DNA of 64,000 nucleotides from Gnetum montanum (lineage: Eukaryota; Plantae; Gnetophyta), in NCBI GenBank assembly GCA_015680685.1, contig MNCI01000751.1, positions 62,001 through 126,000 of the forward strand. The letters run 5' to 3'. The position numbers were made by a program, and so were the translations under genes. The number at the start of each line of letters is the position of its first letter. Positions within the stretch are counted from its first letter, which is position 1. Shown piece after piece: positions 1 to 13,400 of this stretch. A model generated the notes under the pieces. That model worked only from the letters and a program-made list of their open reading frames with translations, was not told the origin of the DNA and ran no database searches.

Positions 1-3000
1 CTATGACACACCCAGTGTGGTCGCTCAAGAGCATGGAGTATATCCAATGTATTACGATGCAATTTAGAATCCATGAAACTGGCGGCCTATTGAATTGCCT
101 GCATGGCCGCCTCCCGATGACTCCACTCCTTAGCCAATGTGCCCCTGTCCAAGTGGAAGCACATAGATGTATGGCGTATGTGCCACCAGAGCACCCCCCA
201 CAAGCAATCACAATTTATGCCCAACACAACATATGGGCATCTCCCCTCCCTAAGCCATTGTCATGTGCTCTATTTGTGCACTTGGTCCAACTGCCTCTAT
301 CTTTGCCGCTGCTCTTCCTGCTCTTGATCTTGCTACACCCATGCCACCCTCTTGCCCTCTCTATAGATTGCCTCCCTCTGCAACAACTCCTCTCGAATCT
401 AGGCATGGAGCTCATTTGCTAGCCTGGCCCAGGCCGCCTCTACCATCAAGGTTTGTTGCCAAAGCAACTCGCACTCCCACTCCCGGAATCGGGCTTCTAG
501 GCTCACCTACGCCTAAGCTAGGGTTTTCTCCCATATGGCTTCCCAATCTCGTCTTTCATCAGCTCAGGTAGTGGCCGCCGCCTCCTCCACCACACAATGG
601 AGCTCCTCCTACCAAACACGTAATGTCTAGCCTCTATTTGCAGAAAAGCGTCTACCACCGCCATAGGGTTTGGAACAGCCAGTTCCCGAAGGCCAGCCTA
701 CTTCCGCAAGTAAACCACCACCAATGTGGCCCTCGACCAATAGGACCTAGAGGGATCAGATGGACCTACCTGCGACTAAGATGACCCTGAGGGCTTGGAC
801 AGCACTATCCCCAGCCGCAGCCCATATTCCCCCCACCAAAGGGCCAAAATAAGCCCCAAGTGACTGTTCTCTTCTATTGTTGCAAGACAGCTAGAAAGAA
901 ACAAGGCAAGTTAACCCTAGCTCCCAGTTTCAGACATTTGAGGAACACAAAGTGCATGCCCTAAAGTTTGGACCCATTGCCAGACTAGACAAAAAAGCAG
1001 TCCACCAACTCAGCAACTCAAGCCCAAACAGGTGGCAAAGCGGACTTGGGCACCTACTGACTTTGCGTGCGTGGCACCAGCCCCATGAAGAACATGTCAG
1101 CGTCCTATAACCCTCAGGTAGTGGGGAGAATGATTTTTCCCTCTTCCTAGGCCCCCAGATACCTGGCAATCACTATTTCTGTAAGGGTGATTTCGACGCC
1201 TCGCAAAAATGTCCTGTTATCTTGCCAATTAGTAAAAAAGGTGTCATTCGGGAGGGCCAGGTCACCCACCAACCATAGCAAGACATGGTCCCATCCTCAA
1301 CATTCCACCATCTCCCAAAGCTCAGTTTTTGCTTGAAACGCCACATAGCCAAGCTCATAGGTCGGCATAACCCCCATCACAAACGACACTGTTGGAAGAC
1401 TTGATGATTTCTGGTTTTCCAAGCTTCCCATAAAAGTAAAGTGGCCTTGGAATTCCCCGAGAGCGTCAGAGAGGAAGGCCAACCCATCACCTACCACGTG
1501 GCACACATGTAAATACATTGAAAGGTGAAATGTAGGACAGTCTCAAGCTCATTCCCACAGAGCAGGTAGGTGCCATCAATGTCAAAGCCACACCTTTTTA
1601 AATTCATCCAAACCGGCAGGGCATTGCTTTCAAGAAGCCATAAGAAGACTTCGATTTTTTTGGGCAAATGCCCCTACCATATCTGCATCTAGCCAAGTAC
1701 CAATGGGTACATGGCAGAAAGTAGTCGGCGCGGCTCGCAATTCAACCACCCCTGCAACTGCATTCGCTATGCATGGGCACAAAGTGTCCACCACGGCCTC
1801 AAGTCATGCACCCCTGATTGCTATCAAATGTATTTGCCCTTCATTATCCATATCCAATAGGTTGTCTCCTCATCTTGATGGGTGAATTTGACAAGCAAGC
1901 GATGCTAACCAAGTGTCATTTCATCCTCGAATTTAGTGACCCCCAAACCCCCCACTACTCAAGGGCGCACAATCCGATCCTAGTTGGCCAACCGCAATTT
2001 GCAGCCCCCTCTACCTCCCAACCACACAAAATTTCGCATGTGCCTATCAATAGCCTGGATCATGGTCCCTGGGGAGGGGGGTGGGGGGTAGCGACCGCAG
2101 CCACAAAACATGCAATTGCTACTAGCACCCTCGATGCCAGCACTAGTTGCCCTTTCCTAGTAAGGAAACAGTTTGTCCACTTTCCTATCTGATTCTCAAG
2201 CTTTTCCAAAACTACCCCCCAAGCCACACAACATCCCCAATTAAAAAGTGGAACACCTAGGTAGGAATCCCAAAGCATTCCAAAAGGAACTCCTAGAATT
2301 TGCATAACCCAGCTCCTCACCTACACGTCAACATTGAGAAGGTGTATTGACAACTTCTCACGGTTTATCACCAGGCTGAGTTCATCAGCCATCCACATAA
2401 GCACCAGATTAATGCCTTGCACTTGTGGGGACCCCTACCTAACTAATCAGCATCATGTCATTAGCATAATGTTTAGCCAAACACTCCACCCTAGCGATTT
2501 TCAGGCCCACCACACCTACAACCTTGCAATGGTATCTCAAAAGATCCATACTAATGATAAAGAGCAAAGGGGGAAAAGGGTCTCCCTACCGTAATCCCCT
2601 ATCGGGAGATGAGAGTTCCCACAATCCCCCCCCCCCCTAATCAAAGGAGAATGCGGCCAAAGATTGCAAGTGAATACATAGTTTGATGAATTCTAGGTCG
2701 AATCCTTTCTGCCTCATAATTTTGGTAAGCACCTCCCAACTGATCGTATCGCATGCCTGTGCAATGTCTAACTTGACACATAGCCCAGGGAATTTTGAGA
2801 GGCACAAGGAGTGAAGGAGTTCTTGCATGAGAAGCATGTGGTCTTGCAGGGTCCCTCCATGAACAAAACCCATTTGGTTATCCCCGACAAGTCTAGGCAT
2901 GATGGGGACCAACCTTCGCACAAGCAACTTAGAGAAAATGCAAATCAACACATTGTAGACCCCTATGGGTCAAAAGTGGGCCAGAGAGGATGCATCTGTA

Positions 3001-5865
3001 CGCTTGGGAATGCATACGATTCGGGAGCAATTAATCTCACGACAGACTTGCCTCTTGGTTAACATTAGATTAAAGGCATCGAGAATGTTGGGTCCCTAAT
3101 ATCAAAAAATACCTTGAAGAATTCCAAACTCCAACCATCTGACCTAGGGGCCTTCCCTCCAAGCATAGCCCCAATAGTCGCTTTCAACTCCTGCCAAGTA
3201 AAGGAGGTCAGTAGTCGAGCATTGTCTTCTTCTCCCAGTACCCACAGAACCTACACCGACACAGGCAGCGTAGGCCATTTTGCCTAGATTGCTCACCAAT
3301 ACGTTGTCAACTCACAGGCAACATCCCTCGGATCGTCAACTAGGTCCCCTATGTCAGTTTGCAACACATGTCATTGACTCCACCCACGGAATTTAGCCAT
3401 GGCAAAAAAGAATTTTTCTTGCCTATCTCCCTCCCTGAGCCACGTGATCCACAATCTTTGCTTCTAGTAGATTTCTTCCTCTAACTCAAGTGCCTGCAAT
3501 TGCATCAGAATGTCTTGCTCCTCATCATGCAGATCCTCCCCAACTTCTTGTCAGTATTGCACTTGGGCCAATCTAGACCAAAGGGTTGTACGGTCCATCC
3601 AAAATGAGAACTTCTCCTCCGCATGTATGGATCTGATAGCCCACTTCAAACGGAGGAGCCCCTCCTGAAGAAAGTTTCTAGGATCTCCCTGGCTTAGTTG
3701 GTAGTCCGCCCAAATGTCCACCAATGGATGTAACCAAGGCTTGAGCAACCAAGCAGCCTCAAACCGAAATGACCAAGGGACCTGTTTTCTCGAAGGCCCA
3801 ATACAACAAATGAGCAATCGATGATCCGAGGGGACCTGCTCCTATCCCGTGACCAACACATCCAGTTGCAGAAGGAGGTTCGAGCTAATGCAAACACGAT
3901 CAATTCTAGAGAGAACACAATCAACTCCCTTCCGCCTGTTGCTCCAAGTGAATTGGCAATTTTTGATTGCCAAGTCTACCAAAGAGTAAGACGACAAGAA
4001 ATTTTGAAACTCCTGGGCTCCAGGGGGGAGCAGCCACCACCAGATTTTTCCAAAGAGTGGAGCCACTAGTTGAAATCACCAACAATGAGCCATGCATGGT
4101 GATTTGGCACCAGTAATGCCACTCACTCCAGTTCCAACAACCTCAACTCCCAATTTTGGGCCCCATAGAAGTTGGTCAACCACAAACCCAAGGAGGGAAT
4201 GTGGATAGTCTAGGCCCACTGCAACGAGTCAACTAAAAGAATTTTGAAGCGTGCCAGAATGGCTAGGCCACCCACCTACCCCATGTAGGGCCGTAAATAC
4301 ACCTTCTAGCCATCCCATTGAAGGTGGCTGACCTTCGCCGCCTGCAATTTGGTTTCCTGAAGGCATACAATGTCACAATCCTCAGTGCGAATGATCTTTC
4401 GCATAGTATTTCTTTTATAGGATGTACCTTGTCCCCTACAGTTCCACAAAAGGAGCTTCAAGTGTGACCGTCCGAGCAACACTGGTAGACCTCCCGCAGG
4501 GTCCGCTGCAGTCCTAAGTCAATATTCCTTTTTGTCTACTTATCCCACACTAGGCTATTGAAGGGGCGACTTGATCTACCCCCCTCCGACACCACCAGAG
4601 TGCACCTGGACTCCTCTGAGTATGGGTAGGCCTCCTTGGGCTTTTGAGATCGTGTGCTCCCCCATACCACATTAACCCAACTGCCAAGAGGGGGAATCTC
4701 GATGCTAGGCATGGCCAGCTCAACTGAGGGCAAAGAGGCTAGGGAGACCTAAGGGGAGTAGTGGGTCTGCTCCCGCCACAACAAGGAGGCCCCCGCTAGG
4801 GGGGGTTGAGCATCAACGCCCGTTCCTTACGCCCAACAGCCACCCAACCCCCATCCATTCTAGCCTCATGCATCTTAGCATGCACCGGCCTCACTCCCCC
4901 AGCATAAAATCAATAGTCGGGCTCCCGATGTTCGTTCTTCCTATAGAGGGAGCAACCCCCCTCCCCCCTCAAGTTGGGGGGGGGGGGGGGGGGGGGGGGG
5001 GTGTTGGGGTTGGGGGGTGGGGTTGGGCGCTTTCTCTACTAACGGTTCAATCTTCAAATTCTCAAACCCTACTTGTAGCCATTCCTTGCCACCAGGGAGT
5101 TCGAGCACCACTTCCTTAATTAAGTCCTTTAGGAACAAGGCCCACCAAACAGAAATGAACGAAACCCATCCATTCCATTGCCTGTGTCACCTTGTTGAAA
5201 GTGATGAAATCTCCAAAAAAAACCCCCCGCAATTCATCTGAGAAAATCCAGGCTCCATATTTCCCACAGAATCCCAGACACATGCACCCACACTGATGTG
5301 TGAGCAAACAAGTACAGGTATGTATGTGCTTCCAGCCACCAGGGGGTCAAAGCTAGTCCTTTAGCTCCTTAGAACCACGGTCCACCTTGAAGGACCGTAT
5401 CGCAGTCTTCCTTTGTTGAAAAAATAAACGAGAGCAAGTCCTCAAAAAGGCTTCTCACATCCACCGCTCCTACTCACCACACCTCCTTCGTCCACAGCTA
5501 TATAAGTTCCATCTGGGAATGAGCACCACACAACATGAGACATCCTATTAGACTACATTCCATTGTCCACACCCCCTCCTCCAACAGTCCATTGACCCGG
5601 AGGTGCATGACACCGTCCGAGCAGGAGCATTCTTCAATGTCCTCGTTCACCATTGCAGAGTGCGCCCCCCCCCCTCCCCCCTCCCACTATTTCCCTCTGT
5701 AGCATTTCTCTCAGGGCTAGCCGCCTACAGGCCAGGCTACGCACCTCCTTCAAGCTGCACGCAATGCTCATGTTTACCACCCCCACTATACCCTTTTTTC
5801 TTGTTCGCACAATACCCATTCTCTTTGCTCACTCTGCTCACACCCACAGTACCCATTCTCTCCAA
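1..5865 (-). mobile_element. L1-clade LINE, near full length, degenerate (5' UTR, ORF1, ORF2 from about 4461: EN, RT, zf-RVT, C-terminal extension with J-domain); 3' end outside window
   Basis: LKLLLWNCRGQG start, FTWSNRR..LSRIDRV and FRFEAAW (EN region), KLDIAQACDTISW (RT), YLGVPLF, WEAWKTRN; many stops and frameshifts. Confidence 0.9.
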
Positions 5866-7273
5866 ATAAATCACTCTATTAATTTATAGGAAAGAATTAC
5901 AATAGGAAATTTGCTAAATAAGGAACAAGAAATCTAGAAAATAACTAATAGATATTGATTCTAAGAATCAACTAATTTTGGAAAGTTGATCCAGCTTTAT
6001 TCTAACTGTCTAACAATATTAAATCTTTACTCATTCATACATCATGATTACAAGAATGTCTAGTTCAAGTCTCAAATGACAAAATAGTCCATGGTTTGAT
6101 ACAAAATTTAGAAGTATCATATATCTATTTTGCAAGATCAAGTTTTGACTTGTGTCACTTTAATAAGAACCCTTAAGAATATTCGTTGTTAGGAAATACT
6201 ATCCATATAACTTGACCCACCTCCAAGAAGTTGTTATGTAGTTGAGATTATGAATTTTCAAAAGGAGAATTAAAATCAATAATGAAGTAATTTGTCCATA
6301 AACCAAACATATTGGTAGAATACATAAATACATATTGGAGATATTGATCTATTAATTAATGACACAGTGATCAACCATAAGAGAAATTGATAAATGTAAT
6401 TATTCATGAAATAGATGGATAAATGAAAATTTGTAATACCTAATCAAGTGAGTTCGAAATATGATTTTACTCCTTGCAACTTGTGAAATATTTTATTATC
6501 CATAACTTGCATATTTTTTCTTTGCAAGATGTTTCGAATCATATTAAATTCATCATTAATTGCAATTGATTTCTCAAGGATTAGAGAATAAATAGCATTA
6601 CAATTAACAACTAGGTGAGATGTAGTGGGTAATGGTTAATTTTAGTATAATTAAAAGATATAATGGCCATGATAAATCTACATAGTACCTAAGTCCCTGG
6701 TAATTTTCACACTCGTCCATTTAACATGCTAGCCTTCAGCCAAATTTTGTAAAAGGTTTTGGTTTTTGTCAGAATATGGCACTTCCTTAGACTTTTTGCT
6801 TAAGAAAAAGGAAGGAAAGAAAAGCTATTGGCTAAACTATCATTAGTACGGACTTTTCATCAATAGGGGTAAATGGATTTCACAACTGGAATTCACATGT
6901 CCTAACACATAGGGCTTCAATGAGCTTGAAATTGCATCATATCTAAATGTATTTCAATAACTCAGCACCGAATACTCAATAGTATTAATAAAGTAATATG
7001 GAATAACACAGGCAGCATTATCATCAAGTTAAACAAACTTTTTATAGCATTCAATTCATTCTCGTACTTTCAAATTTTAAATTTCTTGTTATACATAGTT
7101 GAAGAAGAAAATGTGAATAGATTGAAATAGAATAAAGTGTAGAAATTTATTTTAACGGTCATCAGTAAAACGTAATAAAAATTATTTTAAATCAGGCTGT
7201 CTACACCATAGAACTCCATATTTATATTTTAAACAAAATACATAAAACTAAGGAAAAGTAGCTAATAACTTAC

Positions 7274-7423
7274 ATTTGAACCACAGTAAAAGCTAGATTT
7301 AGCATGAGGTAAAAGAGGTCGTTGAAATAATCTTTGGCATGCCTTTGGTGACCGAACAAACCTTTGGGTTGTATTGCAGAAAATGAAGTTTGGCAAGAAA
7401 TCATTTTGTATTTCTGTCAATAT
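7274..7423 (-). CDS. PIR: PIR exon M: [27 protein letters not shown]...[11 protein letters not shown]
   Basis: TCTAG acceptor; 150 nt; donor AAT|GTAAGT. Confidence 0.93.
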
Positions 7424-10400
7424 CTAGAATACAACACATGAAAAAAAACCATAAGTTCATTGAAGAAACAAATGTTACCATGAACATAATAACATGCCAT
7501 GCAGTTTTAAACCAGAAACATCAATTTTGATTTTTTAATATTGGTGCAAGCTAGCATCCTAACTTTTGATCAGAAAGAAGAATTTGTCATAAAAACATAA
7601 AAGTATTGTCTTAAACAAAGGTTAAATGCCTACGTAAAACTCAGTCACCTGGAGAAAATCTCTAAAGGGTAGGTCATTATATCTAAGCATTGACAAAAGT
7701 TACCAACCTCAATGACATGAGTATGAACGCCACTGTCTGTACCCTTTTTTTGAGTTCACTAGACAAACCGATCAGTGAATGCAATGTGTGCACAGATACT
7801 TCAAACAGTATTCTACAAGTTTTTCTAATCAAAAATTTCCCCCAAAAAAAAAAATTTTGACCTAAACAATCATTTTCAGAACTCAAAGTCAGAAGCGATT
7901 ATGACTATAAGATCACCCAAACATCATTTTCCTAACCTGTGAAGCAACTCGGCTGCTAAAAGAAATTAAAGAAATATTTTCGGACATTTCATTTAGCATA
8001 ATATTGAAGGAGTCCATTGACAGGTGGTCTGCTAGTAATTGATGTGTGAGCTTCAGGACATCCAACATTTGCAGCAATTCCTGAAAAATAATCTTGCATA
8101 TGTTATTTACTTATATACAACTTTACAAAACCTACATTACTGAAAGAAACCCATCTTACCACAATTGCACATATGTCATGAGATTCAAAACGTTCAAACA
8201 AGAAGTCAATATTTTCCCTAAAAATTTTATTCATTCTTTGGCCAATCAAAAATCCCAGGTCAATACTTCTACCAAGCAACTGCAAGCAATGAGAAAAATC
8301 CACTATCACATAGGAATTGAAAAAATTGAAAACTGATGAGTATTATAATATTTACGTTATTATCAATCCAAAACAATGTTGCATGACTAACTTTATGGTT
8401 GCTGAACTACGTATATAAGAATTCTAAACTAATTTACTTAAAATATCCTGATGCAAAAGACATATTTGTGATAATACTAATTTACTTAAAATGTATGATA
8501 CATATTTGTGATTATACTAATTTACTTAAAACGTATACTACATATTTGTGATGAGCATACAGCACACATGAAGAAAGTTCTGTTAAAGATAATGTTTGCT
8601 TTAATTTTGATACAATTTAGGAATAATAAAATCCAGAAAGTACATATGTTCTTGAAGAAAATCTCGCTTTGATAACATTATACTCAATGGCAAAAACTAA
8701 GTCAAAATGCTAAACATTGTTTTATATTTGTTAGAACTAAAAACCGGTCTAAGACTTCAGAATCAGAAAGAATCATTTTGCTTTGGAAGCTATTTTTTTC
8801 TGCCGCTTTTGTATTTTGTTCTGCCATTGGAAATTCAGAGCGTGCTTGAACTGTTTGGAGGCAACATTATTCTGTGCATTTATTATGGATTTGGAAGAAT
8901 ATAATTTCTGTGCTGTGAAGGTTGAACACAAGAATCTATAGATTCTGATTAATGTTTATGGTCCTGTTTTCCAACAAGATAAACTGAACGTTTGGCATCT
9001 AATTACCAAGCAATTGCTTGGTGCTGGGTAATTTTACTTGTGTTATGGCTCCAAAAGAAAAAAGCAACAGTGCGTCAAGGTGGAATGAAAGAATAGAGAG
9101 GAACCATTGCTGCCCTTATGTTGAGCTGGAAGTGAGCAGAGAGTCATCTCTACCTAACACTGAGTCCATCGTGTGGTGAAAGCCAGCGTCCCTGCATCCA
9201 GATAAATCAGCGAATTTGACCCAGGAGGCGAAAGCTTACAGACTTGCAGAGTTGCAAAGAATCATGAAGCTAGGGGGATTATAGAGGGCAATAATGAACA
9301 CCAGGTGGTTGAATTTTGGTATGGGCAAGAGATGCCAAATTTGTATCTGTTCTATCCTTCTGCATATGTAATGGGAAATCCAATTTGTTGGCCTTTATAA
9401 TTGTGTATTGTTGCCACTTTGTACATGTGTATTGTTGCAGGTTTTTGAGGTTTACAGGCCCCATGGAGCAATTTTTGTGGTCTAGGTCGGGGTTCTGGCA
9501 CACCTTCCGGGACAGTTGCTCACTGTTTATGTATCATTTTGTTTTTGTTTGGGTCTTCGGCCATTAAGGCCCATTTAACAAAAACAGCACACCACCACCA
9601 CCAGCAGGCCGGCCCAAACACCTTGTCTTTTTGTACATTAGTTTGCTTGTTAATATAATTCCAGACCATTTCCCAAAAAAAAAAAAAGTTCATCCTATCA
9701 ATCATTATTCAACCTCTGGTAAATCAAATTATGGAGCCCTGACCCCCAAGGTTTAAATTAGCTATCAACAAGGCTATATCTAATAGGTTGTCCACACGAG
9801 CTTGGTTACAAACATAAGGCATCATTAATCATCATTCATATCCAGAGGTGGAAATTTGAAGAATGTTGATCCTGTTATCATATCTTACGCATTTCATCAA
9901 TAAGTTTGGGATCTTTCAGCACAACCAGTGAAAAGGTTTAAAGTTTATGATGTTTCAATTACCAATCCTGTGCAGCGCTAAGATTTTGCAAGGCTTGCAA
10001 AGCAAGTACTTCGATAAAATTTATGTGAAAACCGCTTTTACCTAGCTTAGGAATAACACTTTGGCAGTTTGAAAATAAAATGATACTTCAGCACACAAAT
10101 AGCTCAGCAATATCGACGTGGCTCAAAGCTTTGCATTTAAGGAAGAACTTGCATTTCACAAGGTTAAGATTTTATTGGTAACCAAATCGATTTTACTATT
10201 ATAACACAACGTTACAATTTTAATTGTAACCAAATTGATTTCACTATTGTTGCTTCAACTATATATGCTTTGCTTCAACCGAGTAGACAAATATTGTTCT
10301 AAATTTATTATTACATTTTGCACTAGAAGCTCTGAACTAAGACCTGGCCAGAGCCAAACAAGGATTTTCCTGACTTCAAAAAAAATATTAAAAAGCTGTG

Positions 10401-13400
10401 CAGAGTGATAGCTATTCACTGTTGACATCAAAGTATGTATAGTACTTATCATTTTCACTCTTTCTAGAATAATGACTAGAACACATCTTAAACAGGTGTT
10501 GTATAGAAAATATATGTGTGATTAGGACAACGAATTTTCTGTTAAACAACATACCTTTACGCAACGTGTCTTGAACAAGGCATCATAACGCCTAGGTACT
10601 ACAACATACTTATCTACATTATCAGAGGCAAATAGGAAGGCTGGATCGAGAAATTTGCTGCATATACAATTTGATCAGCAATAATGTATCAGGAAACTAT
10701 ATAGTCCAAAATGTGATAATAAAGATAACACTCTCATACCTTGCAGCATAACTTTTGTAGTAGGAGAATATATTCTCACTCAGCTTAAAAACTAGCTGGT
10801 CGAAACACAAATCTACCTATTAAATAATAAAAATTCAATTAATGTTTTAGTGTATAAAGCAAACACATGCATAAATAAAAGTACCAAGTAAAAATCGCTA
10901 TATTAAGTAGACTACATTCTCAAAGAGTTAGGCATCATTTCAACATTCGAGAAAAGCTAAAGAGAACACCAATAATGAATTTTCGATGTTTCTATTAATA
11001 CATCCTTATCAAGCTTGAAATTTTTTAACGAGGAAAAATACGTAAAAGGATTATGTAACTGATACTGCTCCCCTTAGAAATAAAATAAGGTTTACCTTAG
11101 ATTGTATTTTATTTTATAAATGGATCCTTGGAAAAAGCAACCTAAATTAATATGAGATTGCTAAAACAATCAAATGATGATGCTTCATTACAATCACACA
11201 ACTTCCCATATATAACTTTCAAAAGTAAATGTAACAAAATTATCTATTATGGAAGTCCACAATAACAACTTCTGACCATACTTATGAAAATTGAATCATA
11301 GATCATTTTTTCATTCCTAAGATATCATATTGTGGATCACGATTTATAATAGCATGGAATTGCAATATTAAAAAACATTGAATTTTTAATCATTTTAAAA
11401 AGATTATGCAATTAAGAAGGAAAAAAACTGAAAATCCATAAAAAATAATATATTCAACTTTAAAATAAAAATTTCTAAACATATTAATATACCAACATAA
11501 GGAACTATCACTTGAAGTAATGGTAAGGTGCTCATTTCTCAAGTTGAAGACTTCGGTTCAAGCCTAACCATAGCTACTGGAAGAGGTTAGGCTTTTGCTC
11601 ATCTACCAATCTTCCTATGACCCGGCTTGGTGGTATGAGTATTGAGGCTTCAAGTGATCTTTTATTCATATAAAAACATTGCATCAAGTATAAACGTCAA
11701 CATAAATTCATTGTTTATATTCCTATGTGCATTACAAAATGTTTCAAATGCAAGCTATACTACAATGTTTAGTATTCACTATCAAATAAAACAAATGAGC
11801 TAAAGAATGTTTGAAATCAGTTGCTAAAGTGATTCAAAATGAGTTGAACAATGCACTACTAAACTCCCTAAGAATGTGTTACTCCTTGTTGTAAACCTTG
11901 AAATTGCTAATGACGCATATCCAGAATTTGTTATGCTCATTTTTTAATTTTGTTATTCATATGGTGTTATAAAGTTTAAAGAAATGTTCCAATGTTAAAA
12001 AGGATAAGCCTCTAATTGGTGCTTTTAAAGATTCTAGAATTGCCCAGAATAATCTGGAATCATGATTCTAAATTAGATCACGATCCCAATCCGATCTTCA
12101 TAAGTATGCTGCTAATAGAATCACCGATAAGCAATGCTACCAAGGTTATAAATGCAACATCACAAAAGAAGATTCATTACCACAAACTAACTGGTCTCTT
12201 TTACTTTGGAACATCCATGACACAAGATATGTAGTGTCCTACACTTGGACATGTGACTATAACACAAACATAAAACATGACAGTACACATCTATCCACCC
12301 CCTAACGGTGGTAGGGCAGATGTGCACACCTACAATTAGGCTAGATCTAGGAGAGCAGCATATCAACCTATGCACAAAGCTCATGGGCGTCCACAAAAGT
12401 AGTCACTTGTTGGCAGAGTTTGAACACCTTGACCTTTCTTGCCCTTTCTACAACAAATCCCTTGCCATCAAGATGCAATATAGCAACACAAGCCGAATTT
12501 GTTGGGGCAACTCCAGCCAAGTCACCTCACAGTTAATCTGCATTAGCACATGGGGGCATTTCCCCTCTCTCAACCACATGATGGTGTTTTATTCATGTAT
12601 GCATCTTAGCTACAGCTACAATGGCTCCTCCTCCTAACACTCCTTTTCCCATTGTTCTGCGACTTCTTGCTTGAACACTTGTCGCTACAACTCCTCCTGT
12701 TGCATCTCCTCTTTTAGCTCACACCAAGCCAGGCTTCCAAATCTACTACCCTTGCCACTTCCATAGCATCCATTTGCCACTACGTTTCCTCCTAATGGTG
12801 CACCTGCAGTTCATCCAGTTCCCTCCAAAAGGCCTCCTCCCTAGCCTCCCACTTGGCTTCCCACACCCGACACTCATCAATTCTCACCTCATTAGCAACC
12901 ACTGCTTTCTCCAACTCACCTGCTTCCGCATCAAAACCAAACCTGCCTTCTAGTCATGTTCCACCCATTTAGTAGCCATGAGCGCCAAAAAAACACACCC
13001 ATGTGGAATCTCTATCTCCTCAACTAGTACTAGTTGTCTCCAACGCCAATAAACTGAGTGGCAAGTCAACTAACATGTAGTCCCCAAGTCCCTTGTCATG
13101 ATGGCAAGGCTCACAGCTCTCCACAGAGCCAAGATAAGATGAGTGCCGCCCTAGACGTCTTCACCTTAGTGATGCTAAGAGAAACCCTGGAACATTAACC
13201 AAGCTCCCCATCTTGAGGCACTTCAGGAGCACAAAATGAACCCCTTGAAGCTTCCACACATTCCCCATTTGAGCAAAAAACCTTTCAACGAGCTCTGCGG
13301 CTAGCTACCAAAAAGCAAGCAGAGCAAACTTTAGAATTTGCCCACTAATTGTCTATGGAAAAGGCCCTTCAAAAAAAGGCCAAGCATCATGTAGCCCACA

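Noticed and set aside
3-422. Plus-strand 139-aa Leu/Pro-rich ORF and similar ORFs (42088-42399, 43175-43753, 45112-45621)
   Set aside because: Antisense shadows of GC-rich LINE coding sequence. The motif-bearing frame is on the other strand, so similarity between these ORFs follows from LINE homology.
4976-5001. Long G/C homopolymers (also about 42950-42974 and 46277-46331) as G-quadruplex elements
   Set aside because: They lie in LINE coding regions, one contains an N, and lengths are unreliable; slippage or sequencing error is more likely.
5870-7273. Next PIR exon (expected GFFG..H / LPWLIRALLD motif)
   Set aside because: Not found by eye here, and no upstream exon was found in 57022-64000; assumed outside the window, though a short exon could have been missed.
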